Positions 39,222 through 51,588 of a stretch of DNA of 64,000 bases are shown here, piece after piece. A program made the translations under genes and the position numbers. The notes under the pieces are model-generated. The model was not told the DNA's origin and made no database searches. It saw only the letters and a list, made by a program, of their open reading frames with translations. Each line of letters opens with the position of its first letter. Position 1 is the stretch's first letter. Where the stretch lies: contig JBGAWK010000009.1 of NCBI GenBank assembly GCA_044227665.1, forward strand, positions 2,592-66,591, written 5' to 3'. Source of the DNA: Chitinophagales bacterium (lineage in GTDB: Bacteria; Bacteroidota; Bacteroidia; Chitinophagales; JADIYW01).

Positions 39222-40153
39222 CGGGAAGAGTAATACTCACTACAGGAAGTTGGTATGAAGTACTCACGGATAATCATGATATTATAAAATGCAGGCTCAG
39301 AGGAAAATTAAAATTAGAAGAATTAAAATCTACGAACCCCATAGCGGTAGGAGATATTGTAGAGATTATAAATGAAGACGCCACAAATGATTTTTGTATT
39401 GAGTCTATACATGAACGAAAAAATTACATAGTAAGGCAATCTCCGAGACAGAAATTTTACAAACATATCATTGCATCAAATATTGACTACTTCCTAGTCA
39501 TAGCATGTGTAAGTAAACCTAGAACATCATTAGGATTTATTGATAGATGTATTATTGCTGCAGAATGTTTTCACATACCCATAAAAATAATCATCAATAA
39601 GAGTGACACTCATAGCGATAAAGATCATAAAATCTGTGAGGAATGGTTGAAGTTATATCGCAATGTAGGATATAATATCATGACTACGAGTACTCATACT
39701 TTAGAAAATATAGAAGTACTACAGGAAACCTTGGAACATAGGACTACACTTATTGCAGGACATTCGGGTGTGGGCAAGTCATCCCTACTAAATGTATTAT
39801 CACCTACTCTGCGACTGCGTACTCAAAAAATATCCAACAAATGGAATAAAGGGCAGCATACTACTACTTTTGCAACGATGTACATACTTTCAGAGGATAC
39901 ATTCGTTATTGACACACCAGGTATTAAAGAATTTTTCGTTATTGAAATTGAGCCCGAAGAACTTGGAGGATATTTTGTAGAGTTTCAAGAATTCATGCCC
40001 CATTGTAGCTATAATAATTGCTTACATAAAAATGAAAAAGACTGTGCGGTCAAAAAAGCTGTAGAAGCAGGTCACATACATCCAGAAAGATATATCAACT
40101 ACCTAAATATTTTGGATCAGATACAGAATGTAAAATATTGGGAGCGCATGTAA
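39218..40153 (+). CDS. rsgA: ribosome small-subunit-dependent GTPase A
   Basis: 311 aa with an OB fold, a circularly permuted GTPase (NKSD ... GHSGVGKSSLLN) and a C-terminal zinc knuckle (CSYNNCLHKNEKDC). There is an ATGA overlap with the upstream gene. Confidence 0.9.
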   Translation: MTGRVILTTGSWYEVLTDNHDIIKCRLRGKLKLEELKSTNPIAVGDIVEIINEDATNDFCIESIHERKNYIVRQSPRQKFYKHIIASNIDYFLVIACVSKPRTSLGFIDRCIIAAECFHIPIKIIINKSDTHSDKDHKICEEWLKLYRNVGYNIMTTSTHTLENIEVLQETLEHRTTLIAGHSGVGKSSLLNVLSPTLRLRTQKISNKWNKGQHTTTFATMYILSEDTFVIDTPGIKEFFVIEIEPEELGGYFVEFQEFMPHCSYNNCLHKNEKDCAVKKAVEAGHIHPERYINYLNILDQIQNVKYWERM

Positions 40154-40174
40154 TCGCCCCCAATATTGTATTTT

Positions 40175-41478
<1,304 letters not shown>

Positions 41479-41574
41479 TTAAGGCTAAGATAATTGCAAA
41501 GAATATTAATTCCAAAAAAATATTCTTTCATTGCCTCGGGTTTAAACCTTATTTGTATTTTTAGAAAAAAAAGA

Positions 41575-43062
41575 ATGAACTTTCAAGAATATAGAAGGCA
41601 CGATGCCGTAGGTTTGGCTGCATTGGTAAGAAGTGGTGAAGTAAGTGCTGAAAATCTTTTGGATATTGCCATTGCACGACATCAGCAAGTAAACCCTACA
41701 ATCAATGCGGTAGTTACTGAGCTTTTTGACTTTGCCCGTGATTCTACGAAGAAAATCAATAAAGAGTCTCCATTTTGTGGTGTTCCATTTCTGATGAAAG
41801 ATTTGGGCTTACAAATAAAAGGTACGCGATATACGAATGCATCCAAAATACAAAAAGATTATATTTCCATAGCAACAAGTACCGTCGCACAGAAAATAAT
41901 AGACAGTGGTCTTATCGTGATGGGAAAGTCAAATACTTCCGAATTTGGCACTAGCCCATTTGTAGAAAGCGAACTATATGGTCCTGCTCGCAATCCTTGG
42001 AATACAAAACATACTACCGGAGGTTCTAGTGGAGGCAGTGCAGCAGCCGTAGCTGCGGGTATTGTTCCGCTTGCTACGGCAAATGATGGTGGAGGCTCTA
42101 TACGCATTCCTGCGAGTTGTAATGGATTGTTGGGTCTCAAGCCTTCGAGATTGCGTGTATCGCATGGCCCTCAGGATGGTCTTACTTGGAGTGGTGCTGC
42201 CAATCATGAGCTATGCGTATCACGAAGTGTGAGAGACACAGCTCAATATCTAGATGTAGTAATGGGCAATAGCATAGGCGATCCTTATCTCCTACAAAAA
42301 CCAGAAATGCCCTATATGAAAGCTATAGAGATTGCTCCTCGCAAACTAAAGATTGCTTATAGTGATGAACACCCTTTCCATGAACAAGACCCCGAAAATA
42401 TTGCTGCAATTAAGCACACTATTGCCTTGCTTAAAGAGGCAGGTCATGATGTAGAGCAGATTGCAATTCCTTATGACAGTAAGCTGGTACGCGACTGCCT
42501 ATATACTTTAGTCATGGGCGAGCTTTCGGCCACTATAGATCATGTTGCAGCCATGCAGGGCAAAAAAGCAAATATTGACGAGATAGAACCCACAAACTGG
42601 CTTTTATATATTTTAGGTAAAAATCTTAGTGCTAACGAATTTTGTCAGGCAAAACTCCAATGGAATGTGCTTTGCCGCCAGATGGAAAAATTCCACCAAA
42701 AATATGACATTTTACTTACACCCACACTGGGCATGAAACCCTTTGAAATAGGTGCTTTGCAACCCAAACCTTGGGAGCTCACGGCTCTAAAGTCACTCAA
42801 TAGATTAAATATGTCCGGCTTACTGAAACATTCTTCACTGATTGAGGATACTAAAGAAAAGATATTCAAGTGGATGCCCTATCCGGCACTTGCCAACCTC
42901 ACAGGACAGCCCTGTGTTTCTGTACCCCTTTATCAGTCCATAGATGGATTACCCATAGGTGTCATGTTCACGGCACCATTTGGTGATGAAGCTACCCTCT
43001 TACAATTGTCACGGCAACTCGAAGTCATACAACCTTGGCTACAAAATGTACCTGTACTATAG
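41575..43062 (+). CDS. amidase-signature (AS) family amidase
   Basis: GGSSGGSAAAVAAG plus DGGGSIRIPAS. Trimmed to ATG 41575 (MNFQEYRRHDAVGLAALV). Confidence 0.85.
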   Translation: MNFQEYRRHDAVGLAALVRSGEVSAENLLDIAIARHQQVNPTINAVVTELFDFARDSTKKINKESPFCGVPFLMKDLGLQIKGTRYTNASKIQKDYISIATSTVAQKIIDSGLIVMGKSNTSEFGTSPFVESELYGPARNPWNTKHTTGGSSGGSAAAVAAGIVPLATANDGGGSIRIPASCNGLLGLKPSRLRVSHGPQDGLTWSGAANHELCVSRSVRDTAQYLDVVMGNSIGDPYLLQKPEMPYMKAIEIAPRKLKIAYSDEHPFHEQDPENIAAIKHTIALLKEAGHDVEQIAIPYDSKLVRDCLYTLVMGELSATIDHVAAMQGKKANIDEIEPTNWLLYILGKNLSANEFCQAKLQWNVLCRQMEKFHQKYDILLTPTLGMKPFEIGALQPKPWELTALKSLNRLNMSGLLKHSSLIEDTKEKIFKWMPYPALANLTGQPCVSVPLYQSIDGLPIGVMFTAPFGDEATLLQLSRQLEVIQPWLQNVPVL

Positions 43063-43114
43063 TCAACTTTTCTTTTGAAAAACATAGTTAATTTTTACAA
43101 TCTAATTAAAACCA

Positions 43115-44899
43115 ATGATGAGAAAGTTATTATTCATTATCAGTTTATTTACAAGTACTATAAGCCTAAATGCTCAATACTACAATGACTATTATCTAAA
43201 GATTTCTAAATCTTATAATGAGATGACAGAGATTACGGAATACGCTTCAGTAGGCGGCAACTATACTTCTGCCTTACACTATCTTGAAAAATTGGATAAA
43301 AAGTCTTTGCCTTATATCTCTAATATATCACTGCTGAAATACAATACATCAGGAAAAGATAGCGCCTATTATTTTTTAGAAAATAGCGCCCTAAGCAATA
43401 AAGATAAGCTATTCATAAAATGGTGGATAGCAGACCTAACGAAAAATATAGAGGATGAAGAAACCCTAAGGAACAACTTTACTGCCACCTATCGAGAGAG
43501 CATTCCTATGCTCAAACATATATACATGACCAATATCTCGGATTATTACTATCTGAAAGATAAAAGTGCGACTATGCTCGAAAATATTGATTTAGTTACT
43601 AAAAATTATGTTTTAGACACTAATGATATTATTTTCTTCGAACTCATGAAATGTCAGATTTATGATAGAAATGATTGGAGGAAATGCGAAATCATAGACA
43701 TTCTTTCCTCTCTTTGGGAAAAATATCCGCAGTATCTGGATAAGAAACAATTACTGAATACGATAGAGGATTGTGAAACACAAGCCTGTAATGGACTCCG
43801 AAAGAACCTAATTTTTGCTAAAACTCCGGTTACGATAGAGCCAAAGATAAAAGATCTTATCAGTCATATAGACAGCTTTTTGGATCATGAATCAGAAATA
43901 ACTGACAACCCTGACAGCCTCAATGTATTTTGTGCCTCACTGCTAGATAGACTTTCCAACGCCGATAGTAAACTCATGTACGAAAAAATGCTTGGCATCA
44001 TAAAGTTGATGACTATGACTTCCTATTATTCCTCTACGCTCAAAGAAATCTCTATTGACAAGCTGGATTATCCTATAGATTTTCGTCAAAAAATAAAGTC
44101 TTCGTCAGAAAAATCTGATTTGTTTGAGCTATTTGAAGAAGATATACAAATCATGTCCGTAATTCTTCCCGATATTAGTGATATAATTGGTCAAGAATTT
44201 AATATAGACTTGAAAAACAATAAACTCTCTACCTATAAAACACTCACTAGAGAAGATATTTCTACATTATTGGGATACAGAAACTTATTCCTCTTTGTCC
44301 TAGAATATTTTAAATATGATTTTTCTGAAATAGAAAATATTAAAGAAAGTTGGGCAGACGCATCTCCTATTCTTTCAGACGAAGATGAATTTCAAGAATT
44401 TGAAGCATCAGTAGAAAATAATCCACTTTTCCTATCTGATAGCCGGTATGATTTCCCTGACATAAATAATAGCAAAGAGCTACAGAAAACTATAGCTATT
44501 TTCAACAAAGAAATATCCAAATTTCCAGGTTCTAGTTCTATCATGCAGTCAAAACTGGAATTTATAGATATGTATTATAAAGATTATAAAACAGACCAAA
44601 GCTATATGGTTTACGAGTATTTTGATACTGCCATTGACTTATGCAATATTGTACAAAATATAGGAAATAGTGATGTACACGACAAGAACTTCTATCATCT
44701 TTTTGATTTACAAACTGAACTGAGTTATAAATATTACTACAACAAATATGAACCCTTCAAAGAAATGGTCACTCTTTTATCTAAGTCCGACAAAAACAAG
44801 CTCATACACAAATTAGAAAAGCTAACTTCCGAAAAACCCAAACAGCAAAACCTAAATATTCTATTTACAAGTATAAAAAATGGCTACTATGAAGACTAA
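43115..44899 (+). CDS. secreted hypothetical protein (orphan, Asn/Lys/Tyr-rich)
   Basis: 594 aa with signal peptide MMRKLLFIISLFTSTISLNAQ. I recognise no motif. Confidence 0.65.
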   Translation: MMRKLLFIISLFTSTISLNAQYYNDYYLKISKSYNEMTEITEYASVGGNYTSALHYLEKLDKKSLPYISNISLLKYNTSGKDSAYYFLENSALSNKDKLFIKWWIADLTKNIEDEETLRNNFTATYRESIPMLKHIYMTNISDYYYLKDKSATMLENIDLVTKNYVLDTNDIIFFELMKCQIYDRNDWRKCEIIDILSSLWEKYPQYLDKKQLLNTIEDCETQACNGLRKNLIFAKTPVTIEPKIKDLISHIDSFLDHESEITDNPDSLNVFCASLLDRLSNADSKLMYEKMLGIIKLMTMTSYYSSTLKEISIDKLDYPIDFRQKIKSSSEKSDLFELFEEDIQIMSVILPDISDIIGQEFNIDLKNNKLSTYKTLTREDISTLLGYRNLFLFVLEYFKYDFSEIENIKESWADASPILSDEDEFQEFEASVENNPLFLSDSRYDFPDINNSKELQKTIAIFNKEISKFPGSSSIMQSKLEFIDMYYKDYKTDQSYMVYEYFDTAIDLCNIVQNIGNSDVHDKNFYHLFDLQTELSYKYYYNKYEPFKEMVTLLSKSDKNKLIHKLEKLTSEKPKQQNLNILFTSIKNGYYED

Positions 44900-46049
44900 A
44901 ATTTTTATTTTACTGTCTCTCCTGATATCAGGGAATATATTGGCTCAGGACAATAGCTTAGTCCCTTACAAAGAAGGTAGCTTGTATGGATTTATGGATA
45001 CATTAGGACATATTCTTATACCACCAAAATATCAAGAGGTACAGGATATGAATTTTTATTACGACACACTCACTGACAAAGCTAGTGCCCTATATATTGT
45101 AAAACTTGACGGCACCATCAAAGTAATAGATCAAAATGACAAAGTATATTTTATACCTACAGAAAAATATGATAGTGTATTTTCTGTCAATCTACTGAAA
45201 GATAGATTTATCACTCAGAAAGCTAAGAATTATGGTTTCATTCTACGCAATAAGGCCATAATTCCCTGTATTTACGATGACATACTTCCGCATTACAACA
45301 ACTCTTGCTTAGTCAAAAAAAATGGATTTACAGGCATGATAGACCAAGAAGGCACTATCAAAATTCCATTACAATACCAAGATATTGAGTTTGCAGGCTT
45401 CACAGACTCAAGTGTAGTATGGTTGGCTAAAGGCATGATAGCAAAAGAGTATTATGAAGATAAACGCACAGAATTCATAGACTATGGCGAAGGAACTAAA
45501 TTTAGCAATTTTCCGGAAGATGCTATAAGCGTAAGCGAAGTACGCAGCGGTGATAATGAGGCTATCGAAAAACTTAAAAACAACTATGATAGAGTAAAAC
45601 ATATATATCAACTCGATGATTGGTATTATGTAGAAAGGAATAAAAAATGGGGAATATATGACCTTAAAAAGGATATGGAAATCATGACTCCTAAATACGA
45701 CGACATAGATTTTTTGTACAATATCTATACAGACAATGAAATATTATTTAGAGTGACTTCCGATGACAAGCAGGGAGTCATCAATCAACATGGCAAAGTA
45801 CATGTTCCATTAAATATGGATAGCGTAAGTGATGTATATAATAATATGTGTGGCATCACAAAAGATGAAAAGTACGGCGTATTTATCTTAAATACAGTGT
45901 ATCCCTACATTGCACCCATATATGATACATTATCACCGGACAATTATATCCTTGTCAATAGAAATTGGTCATTTTTACTTTTCCTTGTCGAACGCAATGG
46001 CAAGCAATTTTATGTAGGTGAAAATGGTGTAGAATATACTACGCACTAA
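44880..46049 (+). CDS. WG-repeat (KWG-like) secreted protein
   Basis: 389 aa with a signal peptide and repeated units: YGFMDTLGHILIPPKY, TGMIDQEGTIKIPLQY, KKWGIYDLKKDMEIMTPKYDDI, KQGVINQHGKVHVPL. It overlaps the upstream gene by 20 nt (11 nt if the start is M4). Confidence 0.7.
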   Translation: MATMKTKIFILLSLLISGNILAQDNSLVPYKEGSLYGFMDTLGHILIPPKYQEVQDMNFYYDTLTDKASALYIVKLDGTIKVIDQNDKVYFIPTEKYDSVFSVNLLKDRFITQKAKNYGFILRNKAIIPCIYDDILPHYNNSCLVKKNGFTGMIDQEGTIKIPLQYQDIEFAGFTDSSVVWLAKGMIAKEYYEDKRTEFIDYGEGTKFSNFPEDAISVSEVRSGDNEAIEKLKNNYDRVKHIYQLDDWYYVERNKKWGIYDLKKDMEIMTPKYDDIDFLYNIYTDNEILFRVTSDDKQGVINQHGKVHVPLNMDSVSDVYNNMCGITKDEKYGVFILNTVYPYIAPIYDTLSPDNYILVNRNWSFLLFLVERNGKQFYVGENGVEYTTH

Positions 46050-48891
46050 GCTCTTCTTTCAGGAATTTTCCTGTGATACTATGAGTATGTATGGCTACTT
46101 CTTCGGGAGTGCCTGTTGCTACAATTTCTCCGCCACCCTTGCCCCCTTCGGGACCTAAGTCTATGATGTAGTCTGCCACTTTTATCACATCCATATTATG
46201 CTCTACCACCAGTACGGTATTACCTTTGTCCACCAATTTCTGAAGTACTTCCAGCAATACTTTAATGTCCTGAAAATGTAGTCCTGTAGTAGGCTCGTCC
46301 AATATATATATGGTCTTACCTGTATCTTTTTTCGACAACTCTTCCGATAGTTTTACGCGCTGTGCCTCGCCACCACTAAGGGTTGTCGCAGGCTGTCCCA
46401 ATTTGATATATCCTAATCCTACATCATGGAGTGTCCTAATTTTCCTATAAATTGAAGGTATATTTTCAAAAAAAACTACGGCTTCTTCTACCGTCATCTC
46501 CAATACATCGAAGATAGATTTGCCTTTATATTGCACTTCCAATGTCTCTCTATTGTAACGCTTGCCATTACACTGACTACACAGCACATGTACATCAGGT
46601 AGAAAATTCATTTCTATGACCTTCATCCCGCCACCCATACACTCTTCACACCTTCCTCCTTGCACATTGAAAGAAAATCGCCCCGACTTATAGCCCCTGA
46701 TTTGTGCATCTGGCAGAGAGGCAAATAAATTCCTAATATGATCAAAGACGCCTATATAAGTAGCAGGATTGGAACGAGGTGTACGTCCTATAGGTGACTG
46801 GTCTATTTCTATAACTTTATCCAGATGTTCCAGTCCATTTACAGCTTTATAAGGCAAGGGCTGATAATGAGATCTGAAATAATGCTGATTGAGTATAGGA
46901 TATAATGTTTCGTTTATAAGTGTGGACTTTCCGCTCCCTGACACCCCGGTAACACATACAAATGTCGCTAAAGGAATATCTACATCTACGGATTTCAAAT
47001 TATTGCCATTTGCGCCCTTCAACGTGAGCATCTTGCCGCTTCCAGTTCTACGATTTTCAGGGACAGCTATCTTTATCTTACCATTCAGGAATCCTGCAGT
47101 CAAGGTATCAGCCCGAACAAAATCTTGGGGGATATCGGCATCCACAATGATGCCACCATGTACTCCTGCTCCCGGCCCCATATCTATAATATAGTCGGAA
47201 GCCATCATAATATCTTTGTCGTGTTCTACCACCAATACAGTATTGCCAATTTGTGTAAGATTGCGCAGTGCTTGTATAAGCCTCATATTGTCGCGCTGAT
47301 GCAGCCCTATACTAGGCTCATCCAATATATAGGTAATACCTTTGAGCTGTGAACCTATCTGTGATGCCAGCCTAATGCGCTGTGACTCACCACCTGATAG
47401 TGTACCACTTTGCCTATTGAGGTGTAGGTAATGTAATCCTACATCTAGAAGGAAACCTATCCTACTTTTCAATTCTTTGAGTATATCTCGAGCTATAATT
47501 TTATTTTTTTCATCATAAGTATCATAAATACCCTCCACCCAGCTATGCAGTTCCACCAAAGTTTTCTCCGACACTAGTGCAATGTTTTCTCCTGCTATTT
47601 TGAAGAAAAGAGCATCCTTCTTCAGGCGTGAGCCATGGCAGGTAGGACACTGCACCTCAGAGATATAGTTAGAAGCCCAGTTCTTCAGGGCTTCCGTCAC
47701 GGGTTGGTTATAATTTTGTTCTATCTGATTTGCTATACCATCATAGTTGAGTTTATAAAGTATTTTCTTTCCATTGAATTCCTTAGTAACCTCCAAGGGC
47801 TGCTCTGTACCATAGAGCAAATATTCTTGCGTCAGTGGATTGAGTTGCAACCAAGGGGTATTAACTTGCTCCTTCTGTAACGTCAAGATTTGCGCTATCA
47901 TATCAAAGCTATGGTTCTGCTTATATTTCCCTAATGGTGCTAAAGCACCCTCTTTGATAGACAGCTCGGGATGCGGAATTATCTTGCTCACATCTACCAC
48001 AGAAGCCGTACCCAAGCCATTGCATTGGGGACAAGCGCCATAGGGTGAGTTGAAGGAAAAGGTATTTGGGGAAGGTTCCTCGTACGAGATGCCCGTGGTT
48101 GGACATATTAGTGTGCGGCTGAATATCGCCGTCTTATCACCATCATACAGATACACAAAAAGTAATCCCTTGCCCAATTTCAGTGCCAAGGCTACAGCCT
48201 CCCTTATGCGCTGCTCAGGCATCTCTCCCATCACAAAGCGGTCTATCACTACTTCTATATCATGAACTTTATACCTATCCAACTGCATCTTGGGCTTTAT
48301 CTCTTCAAATTCTCCATCTATGCGCACTTTAGTAAAACCCTGTTTGCGAATATCTTCGAAGAGCTCCCTGTAGTGTCCTTTTCTACCTCTTACCAATGGC
48401 GATAATATGGCTACCCTTTGTCCTTCAAATCTTTCCTGTATTATTTGTATAATCTGCTCTTCGGAATAGCGAACCATTAGCTCCCCCGTATTATAGGAGT
48501 ATGCCTGCGCAGTTCGAGCATATAGCAAGCGTAGAAAGTCATAAATTTCCGTAACTGTACCCACAGTAGAGCGGGGACTGCGATGTGTCGTCTTTTGTTC
48601 TATAGAGATGACAGGACTAAGTCCTTCTATCTTATCTACATCGGGGCGTTCCAGTGTCCCCATGAATTGTTTGGCATAACCTGAGATACTATCGAGATAC
48701 CTGCGTTGCCCTTCTGCATATAATGTATCAAAAGCTAAGGATGATTTACCGCTACCACTCAATCCCGTAATTACTACAAACTGATTACGAGGAATATGAA
48801 CATCTATATCTTTGAGGTTGTGTTCCCGTGCGCCATATACATGTATGTGGGGTGTGTCTTTGTCTTTTGTTATGTCCTTACGTTTCGACAT
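46039..48891 (-). CDS. uvrA: excinuclease ABC subunit A
   Basis: 950 aa with two ABC cassettes (GLSGSGKSSLAFDT; GVSGSGKSTLINE), LSGGE signatures and zinc modules (CPTCHGSR, CEECMGGG). Confidence 0.97.
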   Translation of the reverse strand: MSKRKDITKDKDTPHIHVYGAREHNLKDIDVHIPRNQFVVITGLSGSGKSSLAFDTLYAEGQRRYLDSISGYAKQFMGTLERPDVDKIEGLSPVISIEQKTTHRSPRSTVGTVTEIYDFLRLLYARTAQAYSYNTGELMVRYSEEQIIQIIQERFEGQRVAILSPLVRGRKGHYRELFEDIRKQGFTKVRIDGEFEEIKPKMQLDRYKVHDIEVVIDRFVMGEMPEQRIREAVALALKLGKGLLFVYLYDGDKTAIFSRTLICPTTGISYEEPSPNTFSFNSPYGACPQCNGLGTASVVDVSKIIPHPELSIKEGALAPLGKYKQNHSFDMIAQILTLQKEQVNTPWLQLNPLTQEYLLYGTEQPLEVTKEFNGKKILYKLNYDGIANQIEQNYNQPVTEALKNWASNYISEVQCPTCHGSRLKKDALFFKIAGENIALVSEKTLVELHSWVEGIYDTYDEKNKIIARDILKELKSRIGFLLDVGLHYLHLNRQSGTLSGGESQRIRLASQIGSQLKGITYILDEPSIGLHQRDNMRLIQALRNLTQIGNTVLVVEHDKDIMMASDYIIDMGPGAGVHGGIIVDADIPQDFVRADTLTAGFLNGKIKIAVPENRRTGSGKMLTLKGANGNNLKSVDVDIPLATFVCVTGVSGSGKSTLINETLYPILNQHYFRSHYQPLPYKAVNGLEHLDKVIEIDQSPIGRTPRSNPATYIGVFDHIRNLFASLPDAQIRGYKSGRFSFNVQGGRCEECMGGGMKVIEMNFLPDVHVLCSQCNGKRYNRETLEVQYKGKSIFDVLEMTVEEAVVFFENIPSIYRKIRTLHDVGLGYIKLGQPATTLSGGEAQRVKLSEELSKKDTGKTIYILDEPTTGLHFQDIKVLLEVLQKLVDKGNTVLVVEHNMDVIKVADYIIDLGPEGGKGGGEIVATGTPEEVAIHTHSITGKFLKEELSA

Positions 48892-48996
48892 TCTTATGCA
48901 AAGGTAGGTATTCGTGCTGGCAGTTTACAAATTAGAATTCATGGACATTGATATATATTTTCCTCATATTGTAAAAAAATTCAAATATTAAAATTC

Positions 48997-49004
48997 TACT
49001 TTTG
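48997..49004 (+). promoter_or_regulatory. -7 promoter box TAnnTTTG
   Basis: TACTTTTG lies only 5 nt before ATG 49009, implying a leaderless or near-leaderless mRNA if it is used. Confidence 0.35.
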
Positions 49005-49008
49005 CCTA

Positions 49009-50190
49009 ATGAAAAGGAATAGCTGTCTGACAATAATTTTGATAGTTGTGACGCTCTTATTTTTTTCCTGCAATAAGAAAAAATCCTTTTCCCACAAATC
49101 CCATATATCCTATCCCCATCACCTCGCTTTCCCTAAAGAAAAAATTGACCTTTCTGAATCCGAAATGACTTATATCATCAAGGAGATAGATTCCTGCTTC
49201 GCAAAAAAAAGAGATTCCGCAGGCTTCAATGGTGCTATGTTGGTAGCCTATAAGGGCAATATCATCTATGAAAATTATTGTGGCGTAGAAGATATTACCA
49301 CTCAAAAACCGCTATCAAAAAATTCCATCTTTCAGATAGCATCTACTTCCAAAACCTTTACAGCCACAGCGATTCTATATCTATACCAGCAAGGCAAACT
49401 GAGCATCTATGATACATTGGGCAAATATTTCAGCAACTTCCCTTACAAAGACATAAGGATATGCGACCTCTTGTGTCATAGGTCGGGACTTCCCAATTAC
49501 CTGCACTTTATCAATGACATGGGCTATGATACGATGTCATTATTGACTAACAAAAGACTTCTGGACATCTTGTACCGCCAAAAACCTGAAATATTGGCAC
49601 TCCCTAATACTAAATTCGCTTACAACAATACCAACTACGTTCTACTAGCCCTCATTATAGAGCAAATCAGCAACTTAGATTTTAGCACATTTCTACAGAA
49701 AGCCTTTTTCAATCCTTGTAAAATGCAGCATACTTTCTTGTATCAACCACAAAAGAAATCACCCGAACATGCCACTACAGGTTATCTACATCGCAATATT
49801 GCAGATACCATTGCACCTCCCGATGGCATCTATGGCGACAAAAATATTTACAGCACCTTACACGACATGTTGCAATGGGATAGAGCCTTACGTTCAGGTC
49901 AGCTTTTACATGACTCCTTATTGACATTAGCTTATATGCCACGTAGCTTTGAGAAAGTGGGTATCAAGAACTATGGCTATGGATGGCGACTGCTCCGGCA
50001 GCCGGACAATACCTATCTCGTGTATCACAATGGTTGGTGGCATGGCTACACTTCTGCTTTTTACAGAAATATCCAAAAAGATATTACCATAATAGTCCTT
50101 TCCAATAAATTCTCGCGCACCACTTATAAAGTTCAAGAAATCTGGGATGCCTTCCTTGGCAGCGGCAGTGTCGCAATGGAAGAAGACTAG
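49009..50190 (+). CDS. serine hydrolase (class C beta-lactamase/PBP-related family)
   Basis: 393 aa with a lipoprotein-type signal (FFSC), SxxK (IASTSKTF) and a YNNTNY (YxN) motif. Confidence 0.85.
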   Translation: MKRNSCLTIILIVVTLLFFSCNKKKSFSHKSHISYPHHLAFPKEKIDLSESEMTYIIKEIDSCFAKKRDSAGFNGAMLVAYKGNIIYENYCGVEDITTQKPLSKNSIFQIASTSKTFTATAILYLYQQGKLSIYDTLGKYFSNFPYKDIRICDLLCHRSGLPNYLHFINDMGYDTMSLLTNKRLLDILYRQKPEILALPNTKFAYNNTNYVLLALIIEQISNLDFSTFLQKAFFNPCKMQHTFLYQPQKKSPEHATTGYLHRNIADTIAPPDGIYGDKNIYSTLHDMLQWDRALRSGQLLHDSLLTLAYMPRSFEKVGIKNYGYGWRLLRQPDNTYLVYHNGWWHGYTSAFYRNIQKDITIIVLSNKFSRTTYKVQEIWDAFLGSGSVAMEED

Positions 50191-51050
50191 GCAATCACTT
50201 TATAAATATTGTAACTACTCGTAATTACAATAAGTAACCCTACTAGCCTGAGCAATGTTTTTGGGGGTATGTATTTGATTATCATAGCGCCTATAGGTGC
50301 AGCAATCACCCCACCAACAATAAGACCAATCACGCAAAGCCAAGCTTTTATACCTACAAAAAATATAAATACCCCAGTGCAGAAGAATGTAACAAAAAAC
50401 TCCGCAGTATTTACTGTGCCGATAATTTCTTTTGGAGAGTTGCCTTTATCTATGAGATTAGAAGTAACGATAGGGCCCCAACCTCCTCCACCTATAGCAT
50501 CACAGAAGGCCCCGACAAAACCTAACATAGGTACATATCTGAAATTTATAAGCTTTTGAGGTCTTGTCCTAAAACTTTTCAATAATATCACCATACCTAG
50601 TATCAACAAATACGCCGATATATATGGTTTTACCACACCCCCATCGATATAGTTCGACAATAATACCGCGCCAACTACCGCTCCTATCACTCCAGTAATT
50701 ACAAGCCTAATAAATAATTGCTTATCAATATTTTTCATATATAGATGAGACAACCCCGATACTCCTGTCGTAAATACCTCCGCAGTATGTACACTCGCTG
50801 ATATTATAGCCTGTGGCACGCCAAAACTTGTCAAAATCGTAGTACTCGTAACGCCATAAGCCATGCCGAGCGCACCATCAATTATCTGTGCAAGAAATCC
50901 CGCTATAGCAAAAAACAAAAATTCCTTTTCCCATCCCTCCGATAATAAATTTCCTTCCGAATATATAAACTTATAAATCATATACATAATGATGGTTAAC
51001 TTTAATACCAAAATTACCCCTGCAATGTGTTTTAGTTTTACTTTTTCCAT
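50187..51050 (-). CDS. TauE/SafE family sulfite/anion exporter
   Basis: 287 aa, polytopic, with a duplicated 4-TM structure and Gly-rich helices typical of TauE/SafE. Confidence 0.8.
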   Translation of the reverse strand: MEKVKLKHIAGVILVLKLTIIMYMIYKFIYSEGNLLSEGWEKEFLFFAIAGFLAQIIDGALGMAYGVTSTTILTSFGVPQAIISASVHTAEVFTTGVSGLSHLYMKNIDKQLFIRLVITGVIGAVVGAVLLSNYIDGGVVKPYISAYLLILGMVILLKSFRTRPQKLINFRYVPMLGFVGAFCDAIGGGGWGPIVTSNLIDKGNSPKEIIGTVNTAEFFVTFFCTGVFIFFVGIKAWLCVIGLIVGGVIAAPIGAMIIKYIPPKTLLRLVGLLIVITSSYNIYKVIA

Positions 51051-51140
51051 ATAAAAATATTAAGTCTATTGATTTAATAGACAAATATAGACATGAAAAT
51101 AAAAGTCTATTTATTCGATAGATTAAGTAAATATTATGAA

Positions 51141-51470
51141 TTATTTCAATTTTTCATTCTGCTTATGGCGATGAGCATCTCTCAATGTTTTCTTATCTAT
51201 ATTTTTTTCTAATGCAGCAGTAAGATTTATACCCGTTTGATTAGCGATACATATCAATACAAAGAGTACATCTGCCAGTTCATCCCCCAAATCTTTGTCT
51301 TTCTCCGATTCCTTGAAGGATTGTTCTCCATACTTCCTCGCCATAATACGAGCGACTTCACCCACCTCCTCAGTAAGTATAGCCATATTGGTAAGTTCAC
51401 TAAAATATCTTACGCCATTATCCTGTATCCATCTATCTATCAACTCTTGTGCTTCTGCTATAGTCATCAT
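51141..51470 (-). CDS. MazG-like nucleotide pyrophosphohydrolase
   Basis: 109 aa with the EEVGEVARI...LGDELADVLFVLICIAN EExxE/DxxD metal-binding helices. Confidence 0.85.
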   Translation of the reverse strand: MMTIAEAQELIDRWIQDNGVRYFSELTNMAILTEEVGEVARIMARKYGEQSFKESEKDKDLGDELADVLFVLICIANQTGINLTAALEKNIDKKTLRDAHRHKQNEKLK

Positions 51471-51588
51471 CTATTTTTAGCATATAAAAATAAATGCTAT
51501 TCCTATATAAAAAGCTTATGGGTTAATTAATTCTTTTGATTATCTGCAAGCCAAAATCCTAGTATCTTTGTATATAAATACATAATTA

